Part shown: positions 13,322 to 28,359 of the stretch, piece by piece
Numbering within the stretch: the first letter of the stretch is position 1
Layout of the letters: every line of letters starts with the position of its first letter
Source of the DNA: Octopus vulgaris
Lineage: Eukaryota
Reading direction: 5' to 3'
Length of the DNA stretch: 64,000 nucleotides
Assembly (NCBI GenBank): GCA_951406725.2
Contig: OX597837.1
Location: 42,904,001 to 42,968,000, forward strand
Notes under the pieces: model-generated
Database searches by the model: none
Seen by the model: the letters and a program-made list of their open reading frames with translations, nothing else
What the model was told of the DNA's origin: nothing
Program-made: the position numbers and the translations under genes

Positions 13322-14623
13322 GTATGTATGTGTACGTATGCTAAGGTTCCACGCACAGAGGGACTGAACCTGAAACCAGGCTGCAGAGCGAGCTTCTTAA
13401 ACACATAGCCACGACTCCGCCTATACACACACACACACACACAAATACATATATATATATGTGTGTATGTGTGTGCGCGTGTGTGTTTGTGTATGTAGTA
13501 TTTACGACGGTAATTTCCAATATTATAGTATTTTTAAATAGCATTATGATTCTAAATAGTTTTACCTTAATTTTTTAAAGTTATGTACTTATCCGATTTT
13601 ATAAACAGATGGAAAATTTTAACAATAAACCATTTTAACAATTTTGCTATATTTTCCCAAAAACACATAATTTATCGCTTTTAATATAAAAGATTCATGA
13701 ATATTTTAAAATGAATTATATTGCTAATGTATTTGTAAGTACACATCATTTACTAATAAAATAAGCCACTTTGCAATATTTTGTAGCATTAGAGAACTTT
13801 CTAGAATAGTCGCAAACGGAGTAACGTCACAAATAACACAATTAAAAAAAGCTTTGATTTTGTAATTTTCGTATAAAATTAAGTTTTTAATAATACGTTG
13901 TAAAGAGATTAAGTGCGTTAACTATGAGCAAGTGAATAACTTTTAACGATTTCAACATGTTAAAGAATAACGATGGTTATAATTATAATTATAATTATAA
14001 TTACAGTCGGAGATAAAGAAAGCTTTGGTGTTGCAGTTTTCATATAGAATAGAATTGTTTTAATGACAGGTTTGCAGCCATGTCGGTTCGGGTTCCGACC
14101 CCCTCCCCTTGCCCGGCACCCTGACCAATTGTTTTCAGCCGTCTGGTAGATCCCCGGACGACCGATTGATTAATGAATTTGGTGGATGGAAGGCGTGTGG
14201 AAGCCCGTCGTTGTGGTAAGATGCTTGCTTATGTAACTACATGGATCCGGGTTCAGTCCCAGCGCATGTAAAGTAAAGCTAAAAAAATCTTTTAAAAGCC
14301 TGTGCATATCTGGTTCGAGCCGCATGGAGAGCCTTCGATATTTTCAATCCAAAGGGATTTTAAAACTTAGTATTTACATGTAGCTTTATCTACTTCGAGT
14401 TCCACCGATGAAAACGAATTATTTCGTGTTCGCTCGATGTCTCTAAATACTTATGACTTAAACAATGTATGTATGTATGTATGTATGTATGTATGTATGT
14501 ATGTATGTATGTATGTATGTATGTATGTATGTATGTATGTATGTACTCACACACACACACGCACTCATACACACACACATGCACACTCATATATATACAT
14601 ACATACATACAAATATATATACT

Positions 14624-14834
14624 TTTTTACTCTTTTACTTGTTTCAGTCATTTGACTGCGACCATGCTGGAGCACCGCCTTTAATCGAGCAACTCGACCT
14701 CGGGACTTATTCTTTTATAAACCCAGTACTTATTTTATCTGTCTCTTTTGCCGAACCGCTAAGTAACGGGGACACACCAGCATCGGTTGTCAAGCAATGC
14801 TAGGGGGACAAATACAGACACACAAACACACTCA

Positions 14835-14894
<60 letters not shown>

Positions 14895-15062
14895 TACGAC
14901 GGGCTTGTTTCAGTTTCCGTCTACCAAATCCACTCAAAAAGCTTTGGTAGGCACGAGGCTATAGTAGAAGACACTACTTGCCCAAGGTGCCACGCAGTAG
15001 AACTGAACCCAAACCATGTGGTTGGTAAACAAACTACTTACAACACAGCCACTCCTACGCCT
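14624..15062 (-). mobile_element. SINE family B, full length
   Basis: Homologous to 8650-9058. Confidence 0.85.
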
Positions 15063-15559
15063 ATATATGTACAGACATATACACACTTATGTATGTACGT
15101 ATATATATGTATGTACGTATGCACACATATATACACACAACATACACACACACACGGACTGACTCATGTGTATATTAATTAATTAAGCCAAATTTCCGTA
15201 GCGATATTTAACAAGTCAACACTGGTTACGAAGCTACTCGTAAGTAATAAATATTAAGCAATATCATATTATAGAGAAAGATACACAAAAACAAAATAAT
15301 AACAAATAAAAAAAAAAAAGAAATATATATATATATATATAAATGAGAAAATGTGGAAATAAAACAATATTTGGTGCCAATCATATTTGCAATACGAAAT
15401 ATCCTATATTGACTTTTATTTGCTGTTATTAATAACAAGAGATCTTCGCCGTTTTTTGATGATAATATTAGCCGAAAAGACTGGAAATAGAATGCGATCG
15501 ATTGACGACACCCTTCATTAAAGCTACTGGCATTCTACCAGGATTCGAAGCGGTTCTCC

Positions 15560-15578
15560 TTCTTCTTTCTTCTTCTTC

Positions 15579-15610
<32 letters not shown>

Positions 15611-15624
15611 CTTCTTCTTCTTCT

Positions 15625-15671
<47 letters not shown>

Positions 15672-15845
15672 TTCTTCTTCTTCTTCTTCTTCTTCTTCTT
15701 CTTCTTCTCCTCCACCCTCCTCCTTCACCCTCCTCCTTTTCTTTTTCTTCTTCTTTTTCTTCTTCTTCATCTTCTTGTCCTCCTCCTCTTCCTCCTCCTC
15801 CTCCTCTCCTCGTCTTTCTCTTCTCCTTCCCCCTTTTCTTCTTCC

Positions 15846-15876
<31 letters not shown>

Positions 15877-16005
15877 CATCTTCTTGTCCTACTTCTCTTC
15901 CTCCTCTTCCTCCTCCTCCTTCTCCTCGTCTTTCTCTTCCCCTTCCCCCTTTTCTTCTTCTTCTTCTTCTTCTTCTTCTTCTTCTTCTTCTTCTTCTCCT
16001 TCTTC
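15560..16005. repeat. (TTC)n/(CCT)n polypyrimidine block with internal duplication
   Basis: 15762-15845 is repeated at about 15873-15956. Confidence 0.9.
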
Positions 16006-16179
16006 CCGTCCCGTCTTTACGTTTCGAGTTCAAATTCCACCGGTGTCGTCTTTCATCCCTTTCACCCCCTTTCATCTCTTTCGGGGTCGATAATATAAGT
16101 ACCAGTTAAACACTGGGGTCGATGTAATCGACTAACCACGTCCCCCTTAACTTCTAACCTGCTGTCAAAATTTGAAACC

Positions 16180-17757
16180 ATTATTATTATTATTATTATT
16201 ATGTGCTGAAAACTCAGTGTATTTTGCATGGTATGATGGACAATGTCAGATGTCCACAGCCAACAGACTAAAGTGACACTTGTTTACTGGTCATGCTTCA
16301 AGAACCCTGCGAAGAATTCTTGCAATTCCAAGCAATGCTGATTTGTGTATCTGTTCTATCTTTGCATTTGTACCAATCTTTCTGAGCCATGTTGGTAGTT
16401 GAGTGCTCGTACTTCCAAGTGCACCAATTACTATTGGTATCACGTTTTACTCTCTTCGTTGACCACAACCTTTCGCTTTTCCCACTTCAAATCGTCAAAC
16501 CTTTTTTATATTTTCTTCTTCTTCTTTCACATTGATTCTGTTGTCACCGGGCCATGCTATGTCGACTATCATGCTTCTTCTTCTTCCTTCTTTTTTTTCT
16601 TCTTCTTCTTCTTCTTCTTCTTCTTCTTCTTCTTCTTCTTCTTCTTCTTCTTCTCTTCTTCTCCTTCTTCTTCTTCTTCTCCTCCTCCTCCTCCTCCTCC
16701 TTCTTCTTCTTCTTCTTCTTCTTCTTCTTCTCCTTCTTCTTCTTCTTCTCCTCCTCCTCCTCCTCCTCCTCCTCCTCATTGATTCAGTGAATACATTGTG
16801 CAGCTCTATCATACCTGTTGAAATACTCTTTAGGCGAAAGAAGACTGCGCATGGAGACAACATGATCAATGGTTTCATTTTGTTGTTGACATACACGACA
16901 TGTTGGTCTACTGCCGTTCTTTAATATGTTGGCCTGTTACTTTTACTTGTAGGTAGGCATTGGTCTTGGGCTGCTATGATAAACCCTTCTGTTTCTGATT
17001 TTAAGCCAGAGGCCATTAACCATTGATGAGTAAGGGCTTTGTCAACATCAGCATTATTAGCTCTCTTTGGGTATTTGCCATTGAGAGGCTTTTCTTGCTA
17101 TTTATCATTCAGAATATCTAAGGCAGAAGTTTTAACACGGGTTTTCCTGTGCTTGTTTCTTGTATGTCTAATTCCGAAATTTGTTTATTTGGAATTCACT
17201 TAGATATTCCTTTAACTGTTTTGTTACTGAGTATGATGCTTTCTTGTTTTCATGTTTTGAGACAACTTTTAATACCTAGTCCTCAGAGATTTTCAGGTAG
17301 GTGTCTAGGCCAATTGTGGCAATCTTCATTGTTAATTTCAGTTGTAAAAGACCACGGCCACCCTCTTTTCTTGGGTGGTGCATTCTATGTCTTGGGTGGT
17401 GCATTCTATGCCTTGTCAACAATTTTCGTATTTTTCTTTCAAAATTACATATTTTTCAGTAATTGACCAGTTAATGATATTGAAACTGTAAGTCATGAAC
17501 TGGTATGACTAAAGTATTGATCGGTTCGATCCTGTTTCTTGCATTCAGCTCTGTCTTGAGTATTACTCTTACCCTGCGATAACATTCTCTTCTGATCCTT
17601 TCCCCCATCATTGAATGCTTGATTCCGTCCCCTTCAAATACCCCTAGGTACTTGTAGCTCTCCGTTGGTTCCTTTATGACATTCTGCTTGTCAAGATTAA
17701 CATTGGGTGTTTCTGTCATTTTTCCTTTGATAAAGGTATCTTTTGCACATTTATCGA
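16180..17757 (-). mobile_element. R4/Dong-type LINE 3' half (RT end, Zn-knuckle region, RLE), interrupted by a triplet repeat, with (TAA)n tail
   Basis: ESYKYLGVFE...RECYRRVRVILKTELNARN; WLMASGLKSETEGFIIAAQDQ; IVDIAWPGD; VIPIVIGALG; ends in (TAA)n at 16180-16202, consistent with Dong TAA targeting. Confidence 0.85.
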
Positions 17758-17759
17758 GG

Positions 17760-18376
17760 CGGAATACAGCTGCGGGCGAAATACAGATGAGCATTTCGTA
17801 CAGCGTGCTAACGATTCTGCCAGCTCGCCACCTTAATAATATTAATAGTAACAACAACAACAACAACAGCACATCGACCCCAGTGTTCAACCGGTATTTA
17901 TTTAATCGACCCCGAAAGGATGACACGCAATGTGGACCTGCCGCGGAATTTGAACCCAGAACGCAGCGACAGGCGAAATACCTATTTCTTTACTACCCAC
18001 AAGGGGCTAAACACAGAGGGGTAAACAAGGACAGACAAACGAATTAAGTCGGATATATCGACCCCAGTGCGTAACTGGTACTTATTTAATCGACCCCGAT
18101 AGGATGAAAGGCAAAGTCGACCTCGGCGGAATTTGAACTCAGAACGTAGCGGCAGACAAAATACCTATTTCTTTGCTACCCATAAGGGGCTACATACAGA
18201 GGGGACAAACAAGGACAGACAAACGGATTAAGTCGATTATATCGACCCCAGTGCGTTACTGGTACTTAATTTAATCGACCCCGAAAGGATGAAAGGCAAA
18301 GTCGACCTCGGTGGAATTTTAACTCAGAACGTATCATTTCACCCGGCGCGCTAACATTTCTGCCAGCTGGCCGTCT
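17760..18376 (-). mobile_element. SINE family A multimer and fragments
   Basis: Repeated body units of about 180 bp plus tRNA-like heads. Confidence 0.8.
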
Positions 18377-19130
18377 TAGCAAGAAGAAGAAGAAGAAGAA
18401 GAAGAAGAAGAAGAAGAAGAAGAAGAAGAAGAAGAAGAAGAAGAAGAAGAAGAAGAAGAAGAAGAACAACAACAACAACAACAACAACAGCAACAACAAC
18501 AACAACAATCACTAAATAAAAACAATAATGATACTAATACTAACGACTGCCAAAAACAGTATTTAATAATAGAAACGAAGATGAGAATCGTCACTGAAAT
18601 GTGATTAAAACATTTATGGCATTATTAATATCAATATCATTAATGATGGTATTATTAACGATATCATTATTTGATAATTACTTGGGTTGTTTTGGCGATA
18701 ATGTTGATAGTGGTTTGAACGATATGGAAAATATTAGTGGTGTATTAGGATTGATGGGGTTATAATTTTGATAAGATTTATAGTATCAATGATATCAGAG
18801 ATACTGGCGATAATAAAAGCTCATGTGATAATATAGATAAGGGTGATGATAATGGTGGTGGCTAGGGATGGGATGAAAGTTTTGACGTTGATGTAGATGG
18901 AGATGAAGCTGAAGGGGGGGGGGGTAACGGTTAGTGGTGTATGAAGATGGACACGGATGTAGTTATCGATCGTAATTATGATAATATTGATAAGGATGCT
19001 GCAGCAGCTGATGATGATGATGATGATGATAATGATGATGATGATGATGGCGGAGGATGTGATGAAAGTTTTGACGTTGATGTAGATGAAGATGAAGGGG
19101 GATAACGTTAGTTGTGTATTAGGCGGATGA

Positions 19131-19595
19131 AGGCGGCGAGCTGGCAGTATCGTTAGGACGCCGGGCGAAATGCTTAGCGGTATTTCGTCTGCCGTTACGT
19201 TCTGAGATTAAATTCCGCCGAGGTCGACTTTGCCTTTCATCGACCGTGAGTCCGCTGCTCTAGCCACTAGGCCATGTGCCTCCACACATATATATAATCA
19301 CCGTGATCACCGTGACCAACCAGGCCATCAGATGTTGTTACACATCACTGGTCACAATGCGTTTCGCATTGTTTTAGCCCAACATTGTTTTAGCGAGCAG
19401 GCCAACAGAAGAAAGAGTGAGAGAAAGTTGTGACGAAAGAGTACAGCAGGGATCGCCACCCACTTCCCCCGGCCGGAGCCTCGTGGAGCTTTAGGTGTTT
19501 TCGCTCAATAAACACACACACCGCCCGGTCTGAGATCCGAACCCGCGATCCCTCGACCGTGAGTCCGCTGCTCTAGCCACTAGGCCATGTGCCTC

Positions 19596-19598
<3 letters not shown>
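19131..19598. mobile_element. Compound SINE locus: family A head (+) fused to an inverted family C-like SINE with duplicated head
   Basis: 19240-19290 duplicates 19553-19600. Confidence 0.7.
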
Positions 19599-19627
<29 letters not shown>

Positions 19628-20239
19628 ATAGTGACCGACAATGACAATGGTGAGATATAAATAAAGATGAAAGCGATAATGCTGTTGCTAATGATGGAGG
19701 ATGTTACAAGGATGTTAATAGGAATCGAAATAAAGATAAAAGTGGTGTCATCTTCGTAATGGCGATATAATTGACCAATAACGCCAGAGCTGCATAAAAA
19801 CCATAACGGATGCAGCGCAGGAAGTTAGCCTTCATTTTATCAGATTAGATATTTACTGTTGGTGCACTTATTGCTATATATATATATAATGTATATTGAA
19901 TGCAAGCAAGTCACGAGGTCAGTATAAGCAACGGAATTAGTAGTGCTGGTGGTGGTGGTGTGGTGGTAAGGTCAAGATGCTGTAGTGCAATGGATTATTT
20001 TCAGATATTGTACTACATGTCTATATGTTAAATGTGACATGTTATACTATATATATATATGCTATACATATGTGTAGGCGTGGTAGTGTAGTGTAGGCGG
20101 TCCTCAACCACATGGCTCTGAGTTCAGTTTCACTACTGCGTGACACCTTGGGCAAGTATCTTTTACTAAAGCCTTGGGCCGGACAAAGCTTTGTGAGGGA
20201 ATTTGGAATCTGGTAGACAGGAACTGAAAGAAGCCTGTC

Positions 20240-20274
<35 letters not shown>

Positions 20275-20391
20275 CCTGCTCGCTTAGCCAGTGGGGTGGC
20301 GTCATTTTAAGGCTAAAACAATGCGAAGCGCATTGTGACCAGCAATGTGTAGCAACATCTGATAGCCTGGTCGGTCACGGTGATCACGGTG

Positions 20392-20425
<34 letters not shown>

Positions 20426-20438
20426 GTGTGCATATGTA

Positions 20439-20563
<125 letters not shown>

Positions 20564-20929
20564 TACGGACATGTGCTTGCATAGTAAGTGACCTGATCTG
20601 AGATCGTGTGCTGGAACGAAAACAATTGCAGCGTGGAAGGTGTTTATAAGCCATTTAACTTGCAGCGGTTCGGCAAGTAGGCACTTGCCCAAGGTGCCAC
20701 GCAGTGGGACTGAGCCCGGAACTATGAGGTAGGTAAGCAAGCCACTTACCGCACAGCCACATCTGCACCCAAGTATTTCATAAGCATTTCATGATATTTT
20801 TACGTAATTTTGGTTAAAATGAGATATACCTTTTAAACTGAGATAGCAGTGTTGTTTTCATTTTTGCGCAATTTGACGACAAAAAGAGAGAAGGTGGAGA
20901 TAAGATTGATAAAAGATTATCAAAATATA

Positions 20930-21330
20930 GACGCAGGAGTGGCTGTGTGGTAAGCAGCTTGTTTACCAACCACATGGTTCCGGGTTCAGTCCCACTGTAT
21001 GGCACCTTGGGCAAGTGTCTTCTACTATAGCCTCGGGCCGACCAAAGCCTTGTGAGTGGATTTGGGAGACGGAAACTGAAAGAAGCCCGTCGTATATATG
21101 TATATATATATGTGTGTGTATTTGTGTCTGTGTTTGTCCCCCTAGCATTGCTTGACAACCGATGCTGGTGTGTTTGTGTCCCTGTTACTTAGCGGTTCGG
21201 CAAAAGAGACCGATAGAATAAGTACTGGGCTTACAAAAGAATAAGTCCCAGGGTCGAGTTGTTCGATTAAAGGCGGTGCTCCAGCATGGCCGCAGTCAAA
21301 TGACTGAAACAAGTAAAAGAGCAACAGAGT
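20930..21330 (+). mobile_element. SINE family B, full length
   Basis: Homologous to the other family B copies. Confidence 0.85.
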
Positions 21331-22809
21331 ATATTGACAAGACGAGACCTACAATTGTTTCAATTCATCGCCTGCAGCATAGCATCTACCAAATCTAATT
21401 AAATTTAACTAAATCAATTTAGTTAATTACTACAAGTGAGAATAACTTCTGGGAAGGACGTACAAAGAAATTTACCATATTTAAAAGTCAATGAAAATAT
21501 GAAAAAGGAAGAACACAGTTTACCGTTAAAGTCTAAAATATATACATTAATAAAGATAGATACAGTTATATACTTCACGTTTCCAGGCCTTCTCTTCGTG
21601 CTCACTTTCCCTCCGCTTTCACTTCACTCTGTCCCTTTCATTTTTTTTCTCGCCCCTCCTTAATTCTCCTATCAGTCCGCCTCTACCTCACTCTCTTCTC
21701 TCCCCGCGTGACCGGTATCCGGCCAAGCCTGACGTTCGGTCAAATATATTCTTGCGGGGGGTGTCGTGAATCTCGCCACAACACACATATACATACACAC
21801 ATGTATATACATATATACATACATAAAACAAGACATGCAAATCTGCACAAGTACATACATACTTACAAACATACATACATACATATATACATACATACAT
21901 ACATACATACATACCTACATACATACATACATACATATATGCATAGATACACACATGATGTTGTTCAAATTCCAATGAGAGAGACTTGGAGCTAGGTTAG
22001 TAACCGGCTCCTTCTCTGTTGGTAAGAAATCTTGAAATAAAAATGAATAATGATGTCCACACACACACGCACACACACACACACACACACACGCACACAC
22101 ACACACACACTCATACACATAGGATTTTTGGGAGGAAAAAAATAAAAATACTAGTAAACTAATTCACACAATGCAAATTCTGTCTATAAGTGCAATAGTG
22201 AAAATATGCAAAATTTTCTCAAGTTTAAAATGCGACTTTGTTTTCGTCACCTACATTCCAAAGATGGAGCTTTATATCTCTATTAGAAATTATCTCCACG
22301 CTGAGAAGAAGAATTTGAATAAAAGCAGACGACAGCATACATACATGCGTACATGCACGCACACACAAATATACACACACAAACATACACAAGCATACAC
22401 ACACATACAAATGCATGTTATGATTTTGGTGTGATAGAAAGCAATCCTTTCACGAGTCGAAGTTTCTTTTCGGAAATGAAATGAAAAGAAGCGCTACAGC
22501 TCTGCTCTGGTTATGTTTTGCAGTTAAAAGGAAACTACCAACATTATTTTCAGTTCCTGTCTTACCTTTCCTCTATAAACTTCGCAATCTTTTCAGAAAG
22601 GATAAATCTTTATGAAATGTAGTCAGTCCAGTATACATCTCATAAAAATATAACTTTTCCATGGATTGAAGATGAAGCATGCAAATACGATATACAAATA
22701 ATTGATGTACAATGTGAATGCGTGTTTTGATCCGATGTCATGTCACTTTCACCTTCCCAGAAAGTTGAATGAAGTTAAGTTGATTACACTTAGATGTAGC
22801 ACTATGCCA

Positions 22810-23222
22810 AGTTACTGAGGCAGTTACGATAGGCTGTCAAGATCAAATGCCCACAAAAACTAACTAAAGGTGTCTTGTTTCATCAGGACGATGCTCCAAT
22901 ATATAAACCCTTAGTTTCAATGGCTGCTGTGCGTGATTGTGGCTTTGAACTGGTTGATTACTGCTCCCTTTATTCTGATTTGGCCTCATCTGTTCCACAA
23001 TATGAAAAAAACCCCAAAAACATTTGGACGTCATATCTGCTGTTGATGAAATTTTTGAGTAACGGAATAAAAGCTTCTTCACCAACGGGGTCCAAACCCT
23101 GCAACTCCGAGGGAGGAAGTGTGTGGGCTGCAAGGGGGACAATATTGAAAATAAACCTCATTTGGTCACATTCCATGAGAGTATCTAGGTAAACCTATGG
23201 AGTTTCAACCAACCCCCTCGTA
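22810..23222 (+). mobile_element. mariner transposase 3' relic with right TIR
   Basis: KGVLFHQDDAP...AAVRDCGFELVD...YSDLASS (degenerate HQDNAP and YSPDLAPSD); ends ...CAACCCCCTCG-TA. Confidence 0.85.
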
Positions 23223-23620
23223 TTTACAAGATATCTGTTCCTGAGTGTCGATTCTTGTCTCAAGGCTAAATTTGTGTCTTTGTGGTATCTGAAACGTGGA
23301 AGTTGCAGAAATAACGCTGGGAAAAGTATTTTTGGATATACTTTTATCTTCCGATTTTATGAAAGTGGTGTTACCCTGTTGACGCGCACACTTTGTGATC
23401 TCATCGTTCATCCTGACAAACATTTCTTCAGAAAAAAAATTGAAGAAAATACTCAAAGGCTTTCCTTCTGAGTTCAAATGTTTTTTGCAGAACCCGTGGC
23501 ATTATCGAAAGCCTCAATGCAGCAATCAATAGCATAATCAATCCATTTCTGCGCAGAATCGATAAATCTCGATAGCACTTTGATCGTTGATGTGTATAGA
23601 TGACATTGAAATATCGCACT
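23223..23620 (-). mobile_element. piggyBac-like transposase N-terminal relic
   Basis: KPLSIFFNFFSEEMFVRMNDEITKCARQQGNTTF resembles the piggyBac/PGBD motif P..FF..FF...I..ETN.YA.Q.G. Confidence 0.6.
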
Positions 23621-24000
23621 GATCATCTTCTCCAAATCGAAGCTCTCTTTGTCTAATTAAAACATCAATAAATAATAATAAATAAATCATTAATAAATAA
23701 TGTCACCGAATTCTAACTCGCCTCTTGAGTTATTAACTGGCATAATGCTCGAAAATAGACGGAAGAAAGGAAAAAAACCCAAAATTCACTTGTTAAAACG
23801 CCCTCCCCGTCACCGCATATAGCAAAAATAACGGGTATTTCGACAGTAAGTTCTTTCTAAAATTAGGTGAAACTTTGATTCTACACTCAGAAGAATAATT
23901 ATTTTTAGGTTAACGTTTCCAAACAGCAGCAACATTTGAGCTACTATTATGTGCAGTTTAGGACGCGGTGGCAGTAGCGGTTACTTGCGGTGTAGGGTTA

Positions 24001-24417
24001 GGGCGGCGAGCTGGCAGAAACGTTAGCACACCGGGCGAAATGCGTAGCCGTATTTCGTCTGCCGTTACGTTCTGAGTTCAAATTCAGCCGAGGTCGACTT
24101 TGCTTTTCATCCGTTCGGGGTCGATAAATTAAGTACCAGTTACGTACTGGGGTCGATGTAATCGACTTAATCCGTTTGTCTGTTCTTGTTTGTCCTCTCT
24201 GTGTTTAGCCCCTTGTTGGTAGCAAAGAAATAGGTATTTCGCCTGCCGCTACGTTCTCAGTTCAAATTCCGCCGAGGTCGACTCTGCCTTTCATCCTTTC
24301 GGGGTCGATTAAATAAGTACCAGTTACGCACTGGGGTCGATATAATCGACTTAATCCGTTTGTCTGTCCTTGTTTGTCCTCTCTGTGTTAGCCTCTTGTG
24401 GGTAGTAAAGAAATAGG
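24001..24417 (+). mobile_element. SINE family A dimer (one tRNA head, two body units) with 18-bp TSD
   Basis: GGTTACTTGCGGTGTAGG at 23979-23996 and 24416-24433. Confidence 0.9.
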
Positions 24418-25496
24418 TTACTTGCGGTGTAGGAGTTTAGCAGGCCATAAAAGAACGGATATAAGTAGTCTCAAATTATACATCTGAGAAATATATGATA
24501 TCTAAACTAATTCACCATTGGATGAATTAACTGAGATGTGATACTTCAAAAACTAAAAAGAATTTTATAATAGGGTCTTCGTGCTTGGTTTACAGAGCTT
24601 AAGCAGTAAACAAATTGGAAGTTTTAGAATATTTCATATATCTACAATGTGCTTTTTAGGGAATGTTACATCAGGTGTTCTCATAGAAGGATTCAACTGT
24701 TGATTTTACAAATCAATGGTTCTTGCCTATCGATGGTTCTCACCTGGCTGCTCTGTGGCATAAAATTAGTCAAGCATGTCTACATTGTATAGAAAAGAAT
24801 TTGATTACACAATTAAAATTTGGTATAATTACACCGGTATCTGAACTAGACACAAATGCACACATATTTGTGCGCTTGTGTGTTCTTATATTCCTTTATT
24901 GATCTCAGCCAGAGTCTGTGGCGATGCTGGGGCACCATCGTGTTTACAAATGAGGTAAAGATTATTCAACGCATGGAATAATGAGAAAACATGATTAATT
25001 CTTTTTACGCAATTTTCCGCCTAGAATTAAATGTATGTTGCTGGCATAACACTGTTGCTTTTAGTAACACTAGCAGTTAATTAGTTACCAACGAATTTTT
25101 GTACTAAATTAAAAAGAAAAGAAAAGTAAAAATGGATTGCAAAATTTTAGCTGAACGGATCAAACAACAGCGTCCACCGTGCTTGCATTAATAAACATCG
25201 ATGATTTCTTATTTCTTTATTGCCCACAAGGGGCTAAACATAGAGGGTACAAACAGGGACAAACAAGGGGATTAAGTCGATTACATCGACCCCAGTGCGT
25301 AACTGGTACTTAATTTATCGACCCCGAAAGGATGAAAGGCAAAGTCGACCTCGGCGGAATTTGAACAGAACGATCTCCAACATAAATAACCTTTTGTGGG
25401 GGCATAGTTAAAATATATCGGTTCTTTTATTCAGCCATCTTGGTGATTCTTTCAAGATCTGGTATTTCTGCGTTAAACATACTTAGCAGCACTTAC

Positions 25497-25900
25497 CTCC
25501 ATTAGTTTTTGGGGGTTATTTGTCCGTGATGTTACAGGTTACATAGTCTTTTGTGTAGCAACTGAATGAGTCATCAGCCGCCTTCTCATAAATTATAAAC
25601 TCTTTAACGTGCGTTGAATACACTTTCTTTCATTTGTAACGAAACACACACAAACACGTGTACAAATAAGTATACATACAAATATAAATACATACATGCA
25701 TATATGCATATATATAGTGTGTATATATGTGTGTGTTTTTCTAAATATACATGTGTGTTCATTTGAAACAGTCCTGGCGTATTTAAAGACTTGTTTCAGT
25801 TGATTCTTTTCATCCTGGCCCAAATCTTCGTGTTTCTTTCTTCGCTGAATAAATAACACACTTTTTGCAAGTCTAACACGTAAACCATCTTTGATCACGG
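25497..25900 (-). other. Candidate exon 3' end (possible 5'-UTR exon ending ATG GAG)
   Basis: Minus strand ...AAAAACTA ATG GAG|GTAAGT, a consensus donor at 25496-25491. All frames are closed just upstream; the exon 5' boundary is unknown. Confidence 0.3.
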
Positions 25901-25914
25901 TACGGTCCCCGCCA

Positions 25915-26574
25915 TCCACCAACACTACCACCGCCACCTTCACCAACAACAACAAGACTGCCACCACCACCCCACCACCACAACCACCACCACAACCACC
26001 ACCACCTTCACCACCAACAAAAACACTGCCACCACCAACACTACCACCGCCACCTTCACCAACAACAACAAGACTGCCACCACCACCACCACCACAACCA
26101 CCAACACCACCACCACCACCACCACCACCACAACCACCACCACCTTCACCACCAACAAAAACACTGCCACCACCATCACCACCACCGCCGCCGCCACCAC
26201 CACCACCACCACTACCGCCACTATCACCACCACCACCACCACCACCACCTCTGCCATCACTACCACTACCACCGCCATCACCACTACCACCACCACCACC
26301 ACCACACCACCACCACCACCACCACCACCACCACCACCACCACCACTACCGCCACTATCACCACCACCACCACCACCACCACCTCTGCCATCACTACCAC
26401 TACCACCGCCATCACCACTACCACCACTACCACAACCACCACCACCACCACCACCGCCACCACCACCACCACTACCTACTACTACTACTAAAACCACCAC
26501 CACCACCAGCACCACCTACTACTACTACTAAAACCACCACCACCACCACCACCACCACCACCACCACCACCACC

Positions 26575-26615
<41 letters not shown>

Positions 26616-26745
26616 AGCAACGATGATGACGATGACGATGACGATGATGACCATGACGATGACGATGATGATGATGATGACGATGACGATGATGATAATG
26701 ATGGTGATGGTGATAGTGATAGTGATGATGATGATGGTGAAAATA
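25915..26745. repeat. Compound (CCA)n/(CTA)n/(GAT)n low-complexity tract with internal duplication of about 130 bp
   Basis: Direct reading; the 310-aa ORF is poly-P/H/T/M. Confidence 0.9.
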
Positions 26746-27355
26746 ATAACAGCAGAGATATTTATAGCTTTTATTTCAACTTTTATTATGGCGCTTATTT
26801 TTTCTTTGGAAATAATTTTCTAAACTTTGCACAGCGTTTTCTCTTAAGTATGCATGATTCTTTGTTTGTTGGTTTGTACTTTGTTTTTTGCTTTTTTTTT
26901 TTTTGTTAATTTTCTACAAAGTATGTTTTGTTTTACGTTTCATGTTCGCTTGCTCGTATGTATGTTTTTTTTTTTTTTTTTGATTTTGTAGTTTTTATTT
27001 TTATTTTTATTTTTTGGAAAATATATATATATATATTTTTTTTTTTGGTTCGATTCTTAAGACTTCTTTGTAGAGAAAGCAGAGTGTATAAGGAATGGAA
27101 GGAACTGGGGGGTGGGGTGGGTGGGGTGTGTGCTCGACACTAACGATAAAAGAATTTTCAGCTTTTTAATAATTCCTTGTGTATATGTGGGTAGATCTAA
27201 GTTAGACTGCTTAGCTTTAAACATGTGTGCACAAATGTAAAAGGAAAAACGAGTGCATCTGTACACATGTGTATGCATGCATGTATATATAAAGTATATA
27301 TATATACACACATATATATATATGTATATGTGTATATATCTATATTTATCTATCA

Positions 27356-27411
<56 letters not shown>

Positions 27412-27437
27412 TATATTCTATATATCTATATATATAC

Positions 27438-27483
<46 letters not shown>

Positions 27484-27822
27484 TATGTATATATATATGT
27501 ATATATATAGATATATAGAATATATATTATATATATATATGATATATATTCTATATATCTATATATATACATATATATATATATATATGTATATATATAT
27601 TCTACATATCTATATATATACATATATATATATACTCGTATGTGTATACATGTGTTGCATCATCACACATGCACGCACACACGCGCAATCGTACATGTAT
27701 GTTTGCATGCATGGACCTATGTAAGTAGTTTTGTATGTATAAGGCGCACGCACATGTTAATATATATACATTTCTGTTTGTTCAAGTATACATACGTACA
27801 CACATACATACTCCCGCGCTCA

Positions 27823-27862
<40 letters not shown>

Positions 27863-28103
27863 ACATACATGTATGTGTATACATATATAGACATTTTTGT
27901 AAATACATATATGTGTATGTATGTATATATGTATGAAAATGAATGAAACCAGTACATATAAATTATATATATGAGTGTGTGTACATGAGTGTATATGAGT
28001 GTATAAGATTTATATTTAACCATTTAAACTTCTTTACTTCTTTAAATACTAACAGGTTTGTATACGTATATATATATAGTATATATATTTCCCCTACTTT
28101 GTT

Positions 28104-28147
<44 letters not shown>

Positions 28148-28316
28148 CTTGATATTCATATATACATACATATATATATACACACACCCACACATATATA
28201 TATACACCTTGATTATACATTTTTACTGAACGTATACATGGATATCTCATAGACACATAGATTTATGCACTCGTCTATACCGAACACTATTTCGCACACC
28301 TGTACACGCATTCACT

Positions 28317-28359
<43 letters not shown>

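Noticed and set aside
22567-22680. Minus-strand donor AAG|GTAAGA with an upstream reading frame
   Set aside because: The frame stops before the donor, and no acceptor or homology is evident.
24001-24090. tRNA genes at SINE heads (A/B-box-like sequences)
   Set aside because: No acceptor stem or terminator; they continue into SINE bodies.
25891-26823. 310-aa Pro/His/Thr/Met-rich ORF, the longest in the window
   Set aside because: Entirely triplet-repeat derived, open in several frames and on both strands, with no domain.
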